Part shown: piece by piece, positions 16,993-26,375 of the stretch | How positions within the stretch are numbered: the stretch's first letter is position 1 | How the letters are laid out: the number at the start of each line of letters is the position of its first letter | NCBI GenBank assembly: GCA_963716045.1 | Contig: CAVQSS010000012.1 | Span: forward strand, 66,482-130,481 | Source of the DNA: an uncultured delta proteobacterium | GTDB lineage: Bacteria; Desulfobacterota; RBG-13-43-22 | Direction of reading: 5' to 3' | DNA length: 64,000 nt | Translations under genes and position numbers: made by a program | Notes under the pieces: generated by a model | Seen by the model: only the letters and a program-made list of their open reading frames with translations | What the model was told of the DNA's origin: nothing | The model's database searches: none

Positions 16993-17022
16993 GGGCCGGG
17001 AGACGAGATCCCGGCCCTTTTT
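16993..17022 (+). terminator. Rho-independent terminator after the PPIase gene
   Basis: 9-bp GC-rich stem GGGCCGGGA/TCCCGGCCC, a 7-nt loop, then TTTTT (17018-17022). Confidence 0.65.
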
Positions 17023-17040
17023 ATGGGGGAGGGGAAAAGG

Positions 17041-18060
17041 CTACCCGACTTTGAAGTAGTCGTCCCGGGCCTTTTTGAGCTGGAGAATATTTTCCAAAGG
17101 CGAGCGAGGGGCGATGCCGCAGCCTGGGCAGAGGAAGTCGGCGCCGTTTTCCAGAGCGGCGATGGCCTCTTGGTAGACTTCTGCCGGCGTCCCGCTGAAG
17201 AGGGTCGTGGCCGTGGCCACGTTGCCGAAGACCCGAACTCCTTTTTGATGGGCAATTTCTGCGGCTCGTTTCATGTCGGCTTTCTCTTCGATGCTGAGAC
17301 CGACGGCCCCGGTCTGGCACATCAGCTCAATAATCAAATCCGTATTGGCGCAGACGTGCAGGACCACCGGGCCCTTGATTTGGGTTATGATCTCCTTTTC
17401 CAGGGGTAGGACGAGTTTTTCATAAAGACGGGGGCTCAGCAGGGCCGGACCGGAGGTCGGTTCGGCGAAGACGTAGAAATCCGCCCCGTTGTCAAAGGCA
17501 AAATTGGCGGCGGCTACGGCGGCCCGGCTGGTCACCTCGAAGACCCGGGCCACCAGCTCCTGTTTTTTGAAACACCATTTCATAAATTGGTCAGTGCCTA
17601 CCAGGTTGGCCGCGGCGGTGAAGGGCCCTTCCGACTCCCCGAAGATGGCCAACTCATCGCCCACCTTGTCCTTGAGCAACCGGAACTGCTCCTGATAGAC
17701 AGGGAATCGGCCGCGATTTAAAAAGTCAGCCGGGAATTCCAGGTTATCCAGGCTGTCGGCGTAGGGATGGGCCTTGATATAGTACTGGCGGTCGATCAGC
17801 GGTTCCCCCAACACGCACCCCAGGGCATCGCTTAAGGGAGTGATGTCCCAGCCCATGGCCTTGACCCATTCGAAGCCGCCGTGTTGATGGCCGGCATAGG
17901 CCAGTTCGGCCATGGCCTGCGGATCGGTATCGGCCAGCGGCCGGGCGTAGCCGCATTTTTCCATAAAATCCACCACCCCGTAGGTGGTGGTGCAACCCAC
18001 CGGGGTCATATCCACTTCCTTCCCCAGAAGTCGGTTCATCACGCGTTCTTTTAAGGTCAT
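17041..18060 (-). CDS. Uroporphyrinogen-decarboxylase-family methyltransferase (MtaA/MtbA/CmuA-like methylcobamide methyltransferase)
   Basis: 339 aa. The URO-D fold pattern and length are typical of MT2 enzymes, and it lies next to a corrinoid protein gene. Confidence 0.7.
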   Translation of the reverse strand: MTLKERVMNRLLGKEVDMTPVGCTTTYGVVDFMEKCGYARPLADTDPQAMAELAYAGHQHGGFEWVKAMGWDITPLSDALGCVLGEPLIDRQYYIKAHPYADSLDNLEFPADFLNRGRFPVYQEQFRLLKDKVGDELAIFGESEGPFTAAANLVGTDQFMKWCFKKQELVARVFEVTSRAAVAAANFAFDNGADFYVFAEPTSGPALLSPRLYEKLVLPLEKEIITQIKGPVVLHVCANTDLIIELMCQTGAVGLSIEEKADMKRAAEIAHQKGVRVFGNVATATTLFSGTPAEVYQEAIAALENGADFLCPGCGIAPRSPLENILQLKKARDDYFKVG

Positions 18061-18156
18061 TGCAGTAACTCCTTCCTATCTGAGATTCCCGGTTATTGTT
18101 CCCTGCTTACTGCCTGCCGGGGTAGGTTCCGCCGGAGCGAGGACTTTCAGTATATC

Positions 18157-18312
18157 TGTCATTCTGAGCGAATGCGAAGAATCTCGTGCTTTCAACCGGG
18201 CATGAGATCCTTCGCGGAGTTTACCCTGAGCCGAAAATCGAGATCCTTCGCTCCGGTCAGGATGACAGTAGGCGAAGGGCTCAGGATGACAAGCAAAGGG
18301 CTCAAAATGACC
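18157..18312. repeat. Composite palindromic repeats (GTCATTCTGAGCGA...GAATCTC type) between the corrinoid and MtaA-like genes
   Basis: gtcattctgagcgaatgcgaagaatctc, gagatccttcgctccggtcaggatgac and ctcaggatgacaagcaaagggctcaaaatgacc are related to the CATTGCGAG family. They are followed by the palindrome agggactttttt/aaaaaagtccct at 18316-18342. Confidence 0.7.
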
Positions 18313-18341
18313 GGCAGGGACTTTTTTGAAAAAAAAGTCCC

Positions 18342-19022
18342 TTAGGCCTGTCCCTGCAGTTTGCGCAGGTTGGCGATCATCCGGATGGCCTCCTGAACGG
18401 CATTTCCCGCGGAATCGGCGTACCCGTCGGCGCCGAAGAGCGTCGCCGTATTCTGGGTGACCGGGGCGCCGCCCAACATGATCATCACGCCGGGATTTTT
18501 TTCCTTGATCAGTTCGATGGCTTTCCGCATACCCATCATGGTGGTGGTCATCATGGCGGACAAGGCCACGATCTCGGAATCGGTCCGCACCTGCTCCTGG
18601 ACGAACTTATCCAGCGGCACGTCGCGCCCCAGGTCATGAACGGTGAACCCGGCCACTTCGAACATCATTTTGATGATGTTTTTGCCGATGTCATGGACGT
18701 CGCCCTCCACGGTCCCGATAACCACCTGACCCTTGACCTTGTCGCTCAGGTCCTCCATACGGATGTGGGGTTTCAAGACATCCAGTCCGGCGTAAAGGGC
18801 GTCGGCGGCCAGCAGGAGTTCCGGAACAAAATATTCCTGACTGTCATAGAGGGCGCCCACACGTTCCATGCCGGCGGCCACCCCGTTCATGACCATGTCA
18901 TAGGCGTTGAACCCCTCTTCCAGCGCCTTCTGAGCGGCTTCCACCACCTTTTCTTCGTCCAGTTCCACCACGCCGTCATGCAGTTGCTTTAATAATTCTT
19001 TTCTCCGTTCTTCTCGATCCAT
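18342..19022 (-). CDS. Cobalamin-binding corrinoid protein (MtaC/MtbC/MttC-like)
   Basis: B12-binding cap helix bundle plus DxHxxG (EGDVHDIGKNI) and MLGGAP. The ATG at 19022 has GGAGG about 10 nt upstream. The longer ORF to 19112 would overlap the upstream gene. Confidence 0.85.
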   Translation of the reverse strand: MDREERRKELLKQLHDGVVELDEEKVVEAAQKALEEGFNAYDMVMNGVAAGMERVGALYDSQEYFVPELLLAADALYAGLDVLKPHIRMEDLSDKVKGQVVIGTVEGDVHDIGKNIIKMMFEVAGFTVHDLGRDVPLDKFVQEQVRTDSEIVALSAMMTTTMMGMRKAIELIKEKNPGVMIMLGGAPVTQNTATLFGADGYADSAGNAVQEAIRMIANLRKLQGQA

Positions 19023-19047
19023 AGGAACCATCCTCCAATAGTTATTT

Positions 19048-19842
19048 CTACTTTCCAATCTGAGATTTATAAAACGTTTCGGATTTGAGGGGAGGGCCTT
19101 TTTCAGGCACACAACAGCCCAGTGGTTTTAAAAGGGATTGCCGGTCCACGATCTTCCCCGTCTGCGTGTCCACAAAAATGGCCCAGCCCGCTTCGGGGGA
19201 GGCCGGGTGCAAGGCCTCCCGGGGAGGAAAGAAGTTGAAGACATAAACCAGGTAATACCGCGGCGGGGCGGCCTTTCGATCCGGATAAATAATAAGATTT
19301 TCGGTCAGGAGTTTATAGCGTTGCTTTTGAAAATCCTTAATGGACCGGATCGAGGTTTGGAGGGCCAGGTCCCGGTCGATCTTCAGGGAGGCCGGGACTT
19401 GGATATCCGGATAGATGACCGACCCGGTGGTGAAAATGCGTCCCCGGCGGTCCGGACAAAAACCCAGGGAAGAGCCGTAAACGATGAAGTCGTCGGCGGT
19501 CTGCCAGTAGCTGATATACCAGAGGCCGCCAACTTTTTCGGCCGATTTCAATCTGATTTGCTCAGGAGTAAGGGGAAGCAGCGGATTTAAACGAGTAATG
19601 ACCATGGGCCCGCTTTGGATGACCCGGGATCGGGTTTGCATCCCCTTCAAAATGACGATCGGGCGGCCTATCCCTCGGATAATTACCGGGCTTCGGGTCA
19701 GGGGATCCCGTTTGACCTGAAAATCCTGGCCCTTAAACCGGATGATTTCAAAATCCTCCGCTCCCAGGCGGCTTGCCAGAAAGAAGGTCAGACCGACGGC
19801 AACCCAATAAGATCCTTTTTTGATAAAAGCCTTTCCCTTCAA
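19048..19842 (-). CDS. Exported hypothetical protein
   Basis: 264-aa ORF with protein-like composition. TTG start with an AAGGGA RBS, and a signal-like KKGSYWVAVGLTFFLASRLGA. I recognise no family. Confidence 0.5.
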   Translation of the reverse strand: MKGKAFIKKGSYWVAVGLTFFLASRLGAEDFEIIRFKGQDFQVKRDPLTRSPVIIRGIGRPIVILKGMQTRSRVIQSGPMVITRLNPLLPLTPEQIRLKSAEKVGGLWYISYWQTADDFIVYGSSLGFCPDRRGRIFTTGSVIYPDIQVPASLKIDRDLALQTSIRSIKDFQKQRYKLLTENLIIYPDRKAAPPRYYLVYVFNFFPPREALHPASPEAGWAIFVDTQTGKIVDRQSLLKPLGCCVPEKGPPLKSETFYKSQIGK

Positions 19843-19868
19843 ACCCGGGTTCCCTTTGTCAGTCCGTC

Positions 19869-19950
19869 AGATTCTTACCTCCATTGTTCTGCGAATTTGT
19901 CTCTAACAATGGAGGTAAAAATCTAAATAAAATATTTCAAATATTTTTGG
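19869..19950 (-). repeat. Structured intercistronic hairpin element, copy 1 (20-bp stem, 16-nt loop, AT-rich palindromic tail)
   Basis: The stem agattcttacctccattgtt / aacaatggaggtaaaaatct pairs at 19 of 20 positions and the loop is ctgcgaatttgtctct. The tail aaaatatttcaaatattttt abuts the livF stop. A homologous element lies at 27822-27900. Confidence 0.85.
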
Positions 19951-20652
19951 CTAGACCTTGACGCTTAAATAACGGTCCTGGATTTCCGGGGCGGCCTCTA
20001 ATTCGGCCGGTGTCCCCCGATAAACCACGGAACCTTTTTCCATGATATAAATGCGATGACAGATGTCTTTTAGGGTTCTGAGGTTCTGTTCCACCAGAAG
20101 GATGGTGGTTCCTTTGGCGTTGATGGCTTTTACGGTCTGGCTGATGGCCTGAACCAGCAGGGGCATCAGTCCTTCCGTGGGCTCATCCAGGAGGATCAAT
20201 CGGGGCTTGATGATCAGTGCCCGACCCACGGCCAACATCTGCTGTTCGCCTCCGGAAAGGGTGCCGGCCTTCTGCTTGAGCCTTTCTTTCAATCGGGGAA
20301 AGTAGTCAAATATTTCCTCCAGTGTTTCCGGATCGATTTGGCCCTGGACGACGGGGATGCGGAGATTCTCCATAACCGTCAGCTTGGGGAAAAGGTGCCG
20401 GCCCTGGGGGACATAGGCAATGCCCCGTCGAGGGATCTGATACGCCGGCAGCCTGGACAGTATCTCCTGATCAAAGCGGATTTCTCCGCTCTTGGGCGGG
20501 ACCAGACCCATAATCGATTTCAGGGTGGTAGTTTTACCGACCCCGTTGCGGCCGGCCAGTCCCACCAGTTCATTCTCCCGAATCTCCAGGGAGGTGTCGT
20601 TGAGGACATGGCTCTTGCCGTAATAACAATTCACTTCTTTCATGGTCAACAT
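19951..20652 (-). CDS. livF: Branched-chain amino acid ABC transporter ATP-binding protein LivF
   Basis: Walker A GRNGVGKTT, signature LSGGEQQ, Walker B LILLDEP. Length and N-terminus are typical of LivF. Confidence 0.9.
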   Translation of the reverse strand: MLTMKEVNCYYGKSHVLNDTSLEIRENELVGLAGRNGVGKTTTLKSIMGLVPPKSGEIRFDQEILSRLPAYQIPRRGIAYVPQGRHLFPKLTVMENLRIPVVQGQIDPETLEEIFDYFPRLKERLKQKAGTLSGGEQQMLAVGRALIIKPRLILLDEPTEGLMPLLVQAISQTVKAINAKGTTILLVEQNLRTLKDICHRIYIMEKGSVVYRGTPAELEAAPEIQDRYLSVKV

Positions 20653-20715
20653 ACTAACCCTCAGCCCGCCTTGGGCGCCCGCGGAGCATGAAAATATTCT
20701 AAATATTTTTTTTTC

Positions 20716-20888
20716 GTAGGGGAGGGGACTTCGGCGAGCCCTTCGACAAACTCAGGGCCTTGAGTTTACCGAAAGGCTCAGTCGAGCCGTTAACCCCCTC
20801 CCGAGCTTGGGAACCAAGGGGCCTAAATTTTTCCAGGTGTGTGAACTATGCCAGGCTGAGTGCGGGAGGGGATGAACCCCTCCCCTAC
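20716..20888. repeat. Repeat element bounded by a 12-bp inverted repeat, inside the livG-livF spacer
   Basis: The ends are gtaggggagggg (20716-20727) and cccctcccctac (20877-20888). The internal ggacttcggcgagcccttcgac...ctcagtcgagccg is related to the copies at 37043-37156 and 46160-46250. Confidence 0.75.
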
Positions 20889-20925
20889 GCTTGACCCCTT
20901 GACCCTATTATTAATTATTTTCGCC

Positions 20926-21678
20926 TCAGTGGCCCAAATAGACCTTCTTAACCTCTTCGTTATCTTTGATTTCTTCCGGGGAACCTTCGGCCAGGATTTC
21001 GCCGTAGTGGAGAACGGAGATTCGGTCGGCCAGTTCCATCACCACCCCCATATCATGTTCTACTAAAATAATGGTCTGACCGGACAACATGGCCCTCATC
21101 TTTTTAACCAGGGCCATGGATTCCTGGGTGTTGAGGCCGGCCGTCGGCTCATCAAGGAGGAGGAGGTCCGGATCGGTGCTTAGCGCAATGCCCATTTCCA
21201 GGATGCGCTGCTCTCCGTAGGCCAGTTCGGAGCAAATCAATTCGGCTTTGTCCTGAAGTCCGGTAAGCTCCAGCATTTGATTGGTCTTATCCCGAACGTC
21301 CTGCCATTTAAGCGCCCGTATGAAAGGATTGAAAAATTTCTTCCGGGACTGCACGGCCGCCCAGATATTTTCGAAAACCGTCAAACCGGAGAACAAACTG
21401 GTAATCTGCATGGTCCTGGAAATCCCCCGGTGAGAAATCCGGTCCGGGCTCAAACGAGTAATCTCCCGGTTATTGAAATGGATCTGTCCCCGGGAGACCG
21501 GGTAAATGCCGGTGATCAGATTGAGCAACGTGGTTTTCCCGGCCCCGTTCGGCCCGATCAAGGCCCGTAGTTCCCCTTTCTTTACCGATAGATTGGCATT
21601 GTTTACCGCCAGGAGTCCGCCGAAAGACTTGCTGACCTCCCGGAGATTCAAAATAGTTTCCGGAGATGCTGGGTTCAC
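20926..21678 (-). CDS. livG: Branched-chain amino acid ABC transporter ATP-binding protein LivG
   Basis: FGGLLAVNNANLSV..GPNGAGKTT, YGEQRILE and LLLLDEP motifs. It has the LivG-type insertion before the signature motif. Confidence 0.9.
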   Translation of the reverse strand: MNPASPETILNLREVSKSFGGLLAVNNANLSVKKGELRALIGPNGAGKTTLLNLITGIYPVSRGQIHFNNREITRLSPDRISHRGISRTMQITSLFSGLTVFENIWAAVQSRKKFFNPFIRALKWQDVRDKTNQMLELTGLQDKAELICSELAYGEQRILEMGIALSTDPDLLLLDEPTAGLNTQESMALVKKMRAMLSGQTIILVEHDMGVVMELADRISVLHYGEILAEGSPEEIKDNEEVKKVYLGH

Positions 21679-22629
21679 TTAGTTCCCTTTTCTTTGCAGG
21701 AGGCCTACCAGACCTTTGGGCGCCACTAAAACCATAAAGACCAGGACAATCCCGATCACCAGATCCGTGCCTTCCAGGTAGTTTACCAAATAATGTTCCA
21801 ACGACAAGATGATACCCGTTCCCAAAACCGGGCCGAAAAGGGTCCCCATGCCCCCGACGATGGTGTAAACCACCGCATGGCCCGAGATCCCCCAGTGCAG
21901 GAAGTTGGCTGAAGAATATTTCAGGGTTATGGCGTACAACCCCCCCGCTATGCCGCTCAGGCCGCCGGCAATCACAAAGGCCAGCAGCTTGTAGCGCTGG
22001 ATGTTGTAGCCGATCAATCGGGCTCGATCCTCGTTTTCCCGGATGGCGATAAAGACTTTTCCCAGAGGCGATTGCACCATCCGTCTCAGTAGAAGGAAAC
22101 AGAGGGCCACCACGATCAGGACCAGGAAGTAATTGGTCTTGATATTCAGGAAATCGATTTTTAGCGGACCTATTTCCAGCGGGGTGAAAGGGATGGTCAA
22201 TCCGTCGGCGCCCCCGGTAACGGAAGTCCAGGTTTCCCCTATGGTGCTGCCGATCAGGGCAAAGATCAGGGTAATAATTACGAAATGAATCCCCGACAGT
22301 TTTACCGAAAAATAGCCCACAAACCAGGCAAAGAGCATGGGAACAATGATGGCCAGGATAAAGGCCGACCCGGGTCCCCAGCCCAGTTTTGAAACGGGGA
22401 TGGCCACGCAATAGGCCCCCAGGCCGAAGAAAAGGGCTTGCCCGAAACTGAGCAGACCCGTATAGCCGAAAATGAGGTCAAAGGAAACGGCAAAGAGGAC
22501 CCACACCAGCACTTCGGTCAGAAAGGTCTGGTAGAAGAGATCCACGAAAAAAGGCACAGCGATAAGGACCGCGATGACCAATGAGAAGCCCAGGATAAAT
22601 CCTGTCGATTTTGGTTGAGGACTGGACAC
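21679..22629 (-). CDS. livM: Branched-chain amino acid ABC transporter permease LivM
   Basis: 316-aa polytopic membrane protein of LivM type, abutting livG. Confidence 0.85.
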   Translation of the reverse strand: MSSPQPKSTGFILGFSLVIAVLIAVPFFVDLFYQTFLTEVLVWVLFAVSFDLIFGYTGLLSFGQALFFGLGAYCVAIPVSKLGWGPGSAFILAIIVPMLFAWFVGYFSVKLSGIHFVIITLIFALIGSTIGETWTSVTGGADGLTIPFTPLEIGPLKIDFLNIKTNYFLVLIVVALCFLLLRRMVQSPLGKVFIAIRENEDRARLIGYNIQRYKLLAFVIAGGLSGIAGGLYAITLKYSSANFLHWGISGHAVVYTIVGGMGTLFGPVLGTGIILSLEHYLVNYLEGTDLVIGIVLVFMVLVAPKGLVGLLQRKGN

Positions 22630-22638
22630 GATCGACCT

Positions 22639-23505
22639 CTATTCTCCGAAAAGCCCCTGAGGGCGAAACAACAAGACGATGATCATGAAGGCCAGCGAAA
22701 AGACGGTGGCCATGGCCGGGGGAACAAATATGGAGCCCACCCCTTGAATCAGGGAGATAATAATCGCCGCCAGGACCGACCCCTCCAGGTTGCCCATGCC
22801 CCCCACGATGACGATGATGAAGGCCATGATAAGGATCTCCCGACCCATCATAAAATCCACATAAACAATCGGGGCCGCCAGAACTCCGGAGAAGGCCGCA
22901 AGGGCTGAACCCAGCACGAAGGTCCACATATAGACCTGATTAACCGGGATACCCAGGGCCACGGCCATCTCCCGATCCTGGACCACCGCCCGCATCCAGA
23001 GTCCGTACTTGGTCTTATTTAGGAAAAACCAGAGGGCGATCATAACGGCAACCGAGATCAAGGCAATGACGATCCGCATCAAGGGATACTGCAATTCAAA
23101 AAGCTGAAAGCGGGTCTCAATCGGAACGTTGATCCGCCGGGGGGTGCCCCCAAAGATCATGAACACTAAATGCTGAACGGCCAGCATGATGCCGAAGGTG
23201 CAGATGATGGTGGTGATGGGCTTATCCTCAATGGTCCGGAGAAGCCCGCGTTCCATGGCCATGCCGATCGCACCCACCACCATCGGGGCCAGGATCAGGG
23301 CGATCCAGAAGCTGCCGGTCAGGTCAATGAAATACCAGGCCACCACGGCCCCCAGCATGTAAAGGACCCCGTGGGCCATGTTGATGATATGCAGGAGGCC
23401 AAATATCATATTCAAGCCCAGGGCGATCAGGGCCATGATCATTCCCCAAATCACCCCATTTAAGACGGCTACGGCCAGATTGGAAATCACGATTTTGTAC
23501 TCCAA
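22639..23505 (-). CDS. livH: Branched-chain amino acid ABC transporter permease LivH
   Basis: 288-aa polytopic membrane protein of LivH type (NMAHGVLYMLGA..). Confidence 0.85.
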   Translation of the reverse strand: MEYKIVISNLAVAVLNGVIWGMIMALIALGLNMIFGLLHIINMAHGVLYMLGAVVAWYFIDLTGSFWIALILAPMVVGAIGMAMERGLLRTIEDKPITTIICTFGIMLAVQHLVFMIFGGTPRRINVPIETRFQLFELQYPLMRIVIALISVAVMIALWFFLNKTKYGLWMRAVVQDREMAVALGIPVNQVYMWTFVLGSALAAFSGVLAAPIVYVDFMMGREILIMAFIIVIVGGMGNLEGSVLAAIIISLIQGVGSIFVPPAMATVFSLAFMIIVLLFRPQGLFGE

Positions 23506-23526
23506 CTATTCAATAGTGATCCTAAA

Positions 23527-23572
23527 AATCCCCCCCACCTCCCATTGACCAAAGAGGGAAGAAGGGGGGATT
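23527..23572 (-). terminator. Intercistronic hairpin between livK and livH (possible attenuator or mRNA-stability element)
   Basis: AATCCCCCC (23527-23535) pairs with GGGGGGATT (23564-23572). On the minus strand the hairpin is followed by TTTT. The loop is long and partly self-pairing. Confidence 0.3.
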
Positions 23573-23603
23573 CAGTTTTGATTTAAATTTCAACTATTCT
23601 TGG

Positions 23604-24920
23604 CTATAGCTTTCCCTTCAGATCAACCGTCGGCTCGTACATCAGTTTTTCCTTGGGGATTCGGGCGATTACCTTTAGTTTGAGGTCCGGTGTGACCTCG
23701 GAGATATAATGGTCATGGAAGCCTTGGTGGTCCTCTTCCCGCATGACCAGATCACCCTGGGGCGCCCAGGGACCGGCCTTGACCTTCATCTTGACCACGG
23801 CCTTGATGAAATCGCTATTCTTGGAGTTGTCCTTCCAACCCGTCTGTTCCACACCCTGTTTGATCATGTAGGCCGCGGTCCACATGCTCCACATGTGGGA
23901 GTGGGCCGAGGTGATCTTGGGGTCTTTGGTGTCTTTCCCATCATCGGTGACTCCAATGGCGTTACGATAGGCCCTTTCAAAAGTCTGGAGTTCCTTCGGG
24001 ACTTGATCGAAATGTCGCGGCTGATATTCGATATAATGGGCGCCGGCGGATTCTTTACCCACTACATCCTGGCCGATACCCTCGGTGCAACAGATCACCG
24101 TATAGCGTTTCATTTTTTTGTGGAGACCCAGTTCAACGGACTGCCGCATCACCCCCAGGGCAGCGGGATTGAGGAAGGCCGTGAACAGGACATCGATATC
24201 GGGATCGATTTTCTGCAGAAAGGGGACGAAGTCTTTGGTGGTCTGGGGCGCGCGGATCCCCTGGATCTTGCCGCCGGCCGCCTTGACCCGTTTTCCGAAT
24301 TCTTCTTCCAGGGAGTGCCCCCAGGCATAGTCGGCCACCACAAAGGCCCAGTTCTTTCCTAAATTCTTGAAACCCCATTCCCACCCGGCCATGGCCTGCA
24401 TCAGGGCATGCGTGTGTATGCGTATATAATAGGGGACGGCGGCCTTCCCGGTCAGAGCCGAGGCCATTGCCCCTCCTCCGAAATATGGGATCTTGTACTG
24501 CTCGGCAATGGGGAAGCAGGCCAGTTGGATCCCGGAATGGATGGAACCCATGATGAAATCGACCTTGTCTTCCAGGACCAGTTTTTTGAACATCTGGGCC
24601 CCGTGGGCGGGGTTGAATTTGGTGTCATAGTCGAGGATTTCCACTTTACGGCCGGCAATCCCACCCTCGGCATTCAGTTTCGCCACGGCGGCCTTGCCCA
24701 CTTTGTCCATCCAGTAACCGTATTCGGTGGCCCCTACTGTCAGTTCCTGAATCATGCCGATCTTAATCGGTTTCTCCGCTCCATAGGTGAACGGCGTAAA
24801 CACCCAGGAACTAAGGCCCAATCCGGCCACCCCGGCCGCTGTGGTTTTTAAAAAATCCCGACGGCTGACCCCCTCTTTGTTCGTAACGCTTTTGGCTGGT
24901 GCTACTTGTTTGGTTCCCAT
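23604..24920 (-). CDS. livK: LivK-type periplasmic substrate-binding protein with a twin-arginine-like signal
   Basis: SRRDFLKTTAAGVAGLG at the N-terminus. Type I periplasmic-binding-fold length (438 aa) and position at the head of livHMGF. Confidence 0.8.
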   Translation of the reverse strand: MGTKQVAPAKSVTNKEGVSRRDFLKTTAAGVAGLGLSSWVFTPFTYGAEKPIKIGMIQELTVGATEYGYWMDKVGKAAVAKLNAEGGIAGRKVEILDYDTKFNPAHGAQMFKKLVLEDKVDFIMGSIHSGIQLACFPIAEQYKIPYFGGGAMASALTGKAAVPYYIRIHTHALMQAMAGWEWGFKNLGKNWAFVVADYAWGHSLEEEFGKRVKAAGGKIQGIRAPQTTKDFVPFLQKIDPDIDVLFTAFLNPAALGVMRQSVELGLHKKMKRYTVICCTEGIGQDVVGKESAGAHYIEYQPRHFDQVPKELQTFERAYRNAIGVTDDGKDTKDPKITSAHSHMWSMWTAAYMIKQGVEQTGWKDNSKNSDFIKAVVKMKVKAGPWAPQGDLVMREEDHQGFHDHYISEVTPDLKLKVIARIPKEKLMYEPTVDLKGKL

Positions 24921-25037
24921 ATCCCCTCCTCAAAACCATCAAAAAAGTTATGGTGAATGAATTAATAGACCCTTTTATTTCAAAATACGGTTAAATGGAA
25001 AAATCACCCCCCCCTCGATCTTCCGGTTAGGTCCGAT

Positions 25038-26360
25038 TTATGACTTTTCGGGAAGCGCCCGATCAATCAACTCAATCAGGTCGTAGAGTTTCATGGCGCT
25101 GCCTATGCCCTGGGCGCCCTGGTTCAGATTATAATGGCAGAAGGGGCAGATGGAGACCATGTGCTCGGCGCCGGTTTCCAGCCCTTCCTGGACGCGGAGG
25201 GCGGCATTGCGCTGGGCCCAGTCCGGGAAACCGGTCATGACCCCGCCGCCGCCGCCGCAGCAGAAGGAATTGGCCCGGGTTCGTTCCATCTCCACCAGCT
25301 CAATGCCGGGGATGGCCTTAAGGAGGTCCCGAGGGATATCATAGAGGCAGTCCTCTTCGTTCAGACTGATATAGGCCCCGGGCCAGAGCTGGGACCCGTC
25401 TTCGTCCACCAGGTATTTGGTCAAATGCCGGCCCGCGTGGCAGGGATCATGGTAGGTGACCTTCATCGGGACCGGCTGGGAAAAAGTCAATTTGCCGGCC
25501 TGGTGCAGTTCGCTCAGAAACTGCGTCACATGGATGACCCGAATCCCCTTCATCAGGTCCTCGAATTCCCCGGCCAGGGAGTAATCCTTAAGGATGGCCC
25601 GGTAGCAGCCGGCACAGGCGGTGACGATCGTCTGCACCCCCCGGGTTTCGTGCAGATTTTTAAAGGTCTGCAGATTGGCCTCGGCCATCCGTTTAAAGGC
25701 CTCGGCATCGCCCAAACGCATGGCCGTGGAGCCGCAGCAAAGTTCGTTTTCGCCCAGGATGCCGAAATCCACTCCCAGCTTCTGAAAGACCGAGGCCGTG
25801 GCCTGAGGCAGGACCCGGGCCGGGAGGTTGTAGGCGCCGGTGCAGCCCACGAAGTATAAAACCGGGGCCGGTTCCTTATTGATGTCCTTGATGGGTCGTT
25901 TTTCTTTCTTAAAGGGCCGGGTCCAGTCCCAGCGGACCCGTCTCGGGCCCTGGTAGGGATTGTCGTAACTCTTGAGCGATTGGGCGATGACTTTTTGCTG
26001 AGGCAGGGGGCCGGCGCCGGCCTCCACGGCTTTCCGCCGCAGGGCTTCAAAAATTTCCGGGATATGGGGTTTGTGGTCAAGCTGGCACTGGGTCTGGCAG
26101 CCGGCGCAGAGGGTGCAGCGGTAAACGGCCTCGGCCAGTTCATCGTCCCAGTCCAGTTCGCCGCTGAGGATTCCCCGGGCAAAGGCGATTTTCCCCTTGG
26201 AGGCCATAAACCCCTCAAAGCCAAATTCCGTACCCGAGGGGCAGATTTCCCGGCAGCGGGAGGGGGGGCCGTATTCGTAAGTTACTTTACAGGTCCCGCA
26301 GGCCGTGCAGCGCCAGATGGCGTCTTCCAGTTCTTCCAGCGAAGGAATATTCCAATGCAT
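25038..26360 (-). CDS. (Fe-S)-binding CCG-domain oxidoreductase subunit (GlcF/HdrD-like)
   Basis: Two 4Fe-4S motifs (CTACGTCK...CPS; CTLCAGCQTQC) and two CCG motifs (ELCCGS; FCCGGGGG). The ATG at 26360 is preceded by GGAGG; the ORF is open to 26372. Confidence 0.85.
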   Translation of the reverse strand: MHWNIPSLEELEDAIWRCTACGTCKVTYEYGPPSRCREICPSGTEFGFEGFMASKGKIAFARGILSGELDWDDELAEAVYRCTLCAGCQTQCQLDHKPHIPEIFEALRRKAVEAGAGPLPQQKVIAQSLKSYDNPYQGPRRVRWDWTRPFKKEKRPIKDINKEPAPVLYFVGCTGAYNLPARVLPQATASVFQKLGVDFGILGENELCCGSTAMRLGDAEAFKRMAEANLQTFKNLHETRGVQTIVTACAGCYRAILKDYSLAGEFEDLMKGIRVIHVTQFLSELHQAGKLTFSQPVPMKVTYHDPCHAGRHLTKYLVDEDGSQLWPGAYISLNEEDCLYDIPRDLLKAIPGIELVEMERTRANSFCCGGGGGVMTGFPDWAQRNAALRVQEGLETGAEHMVSICPFCHYNLNQGAQGIGSAMKLYDLIELIDRALPEKS

Positions 26361-26375
26361 ACCAACCTCCAATAC

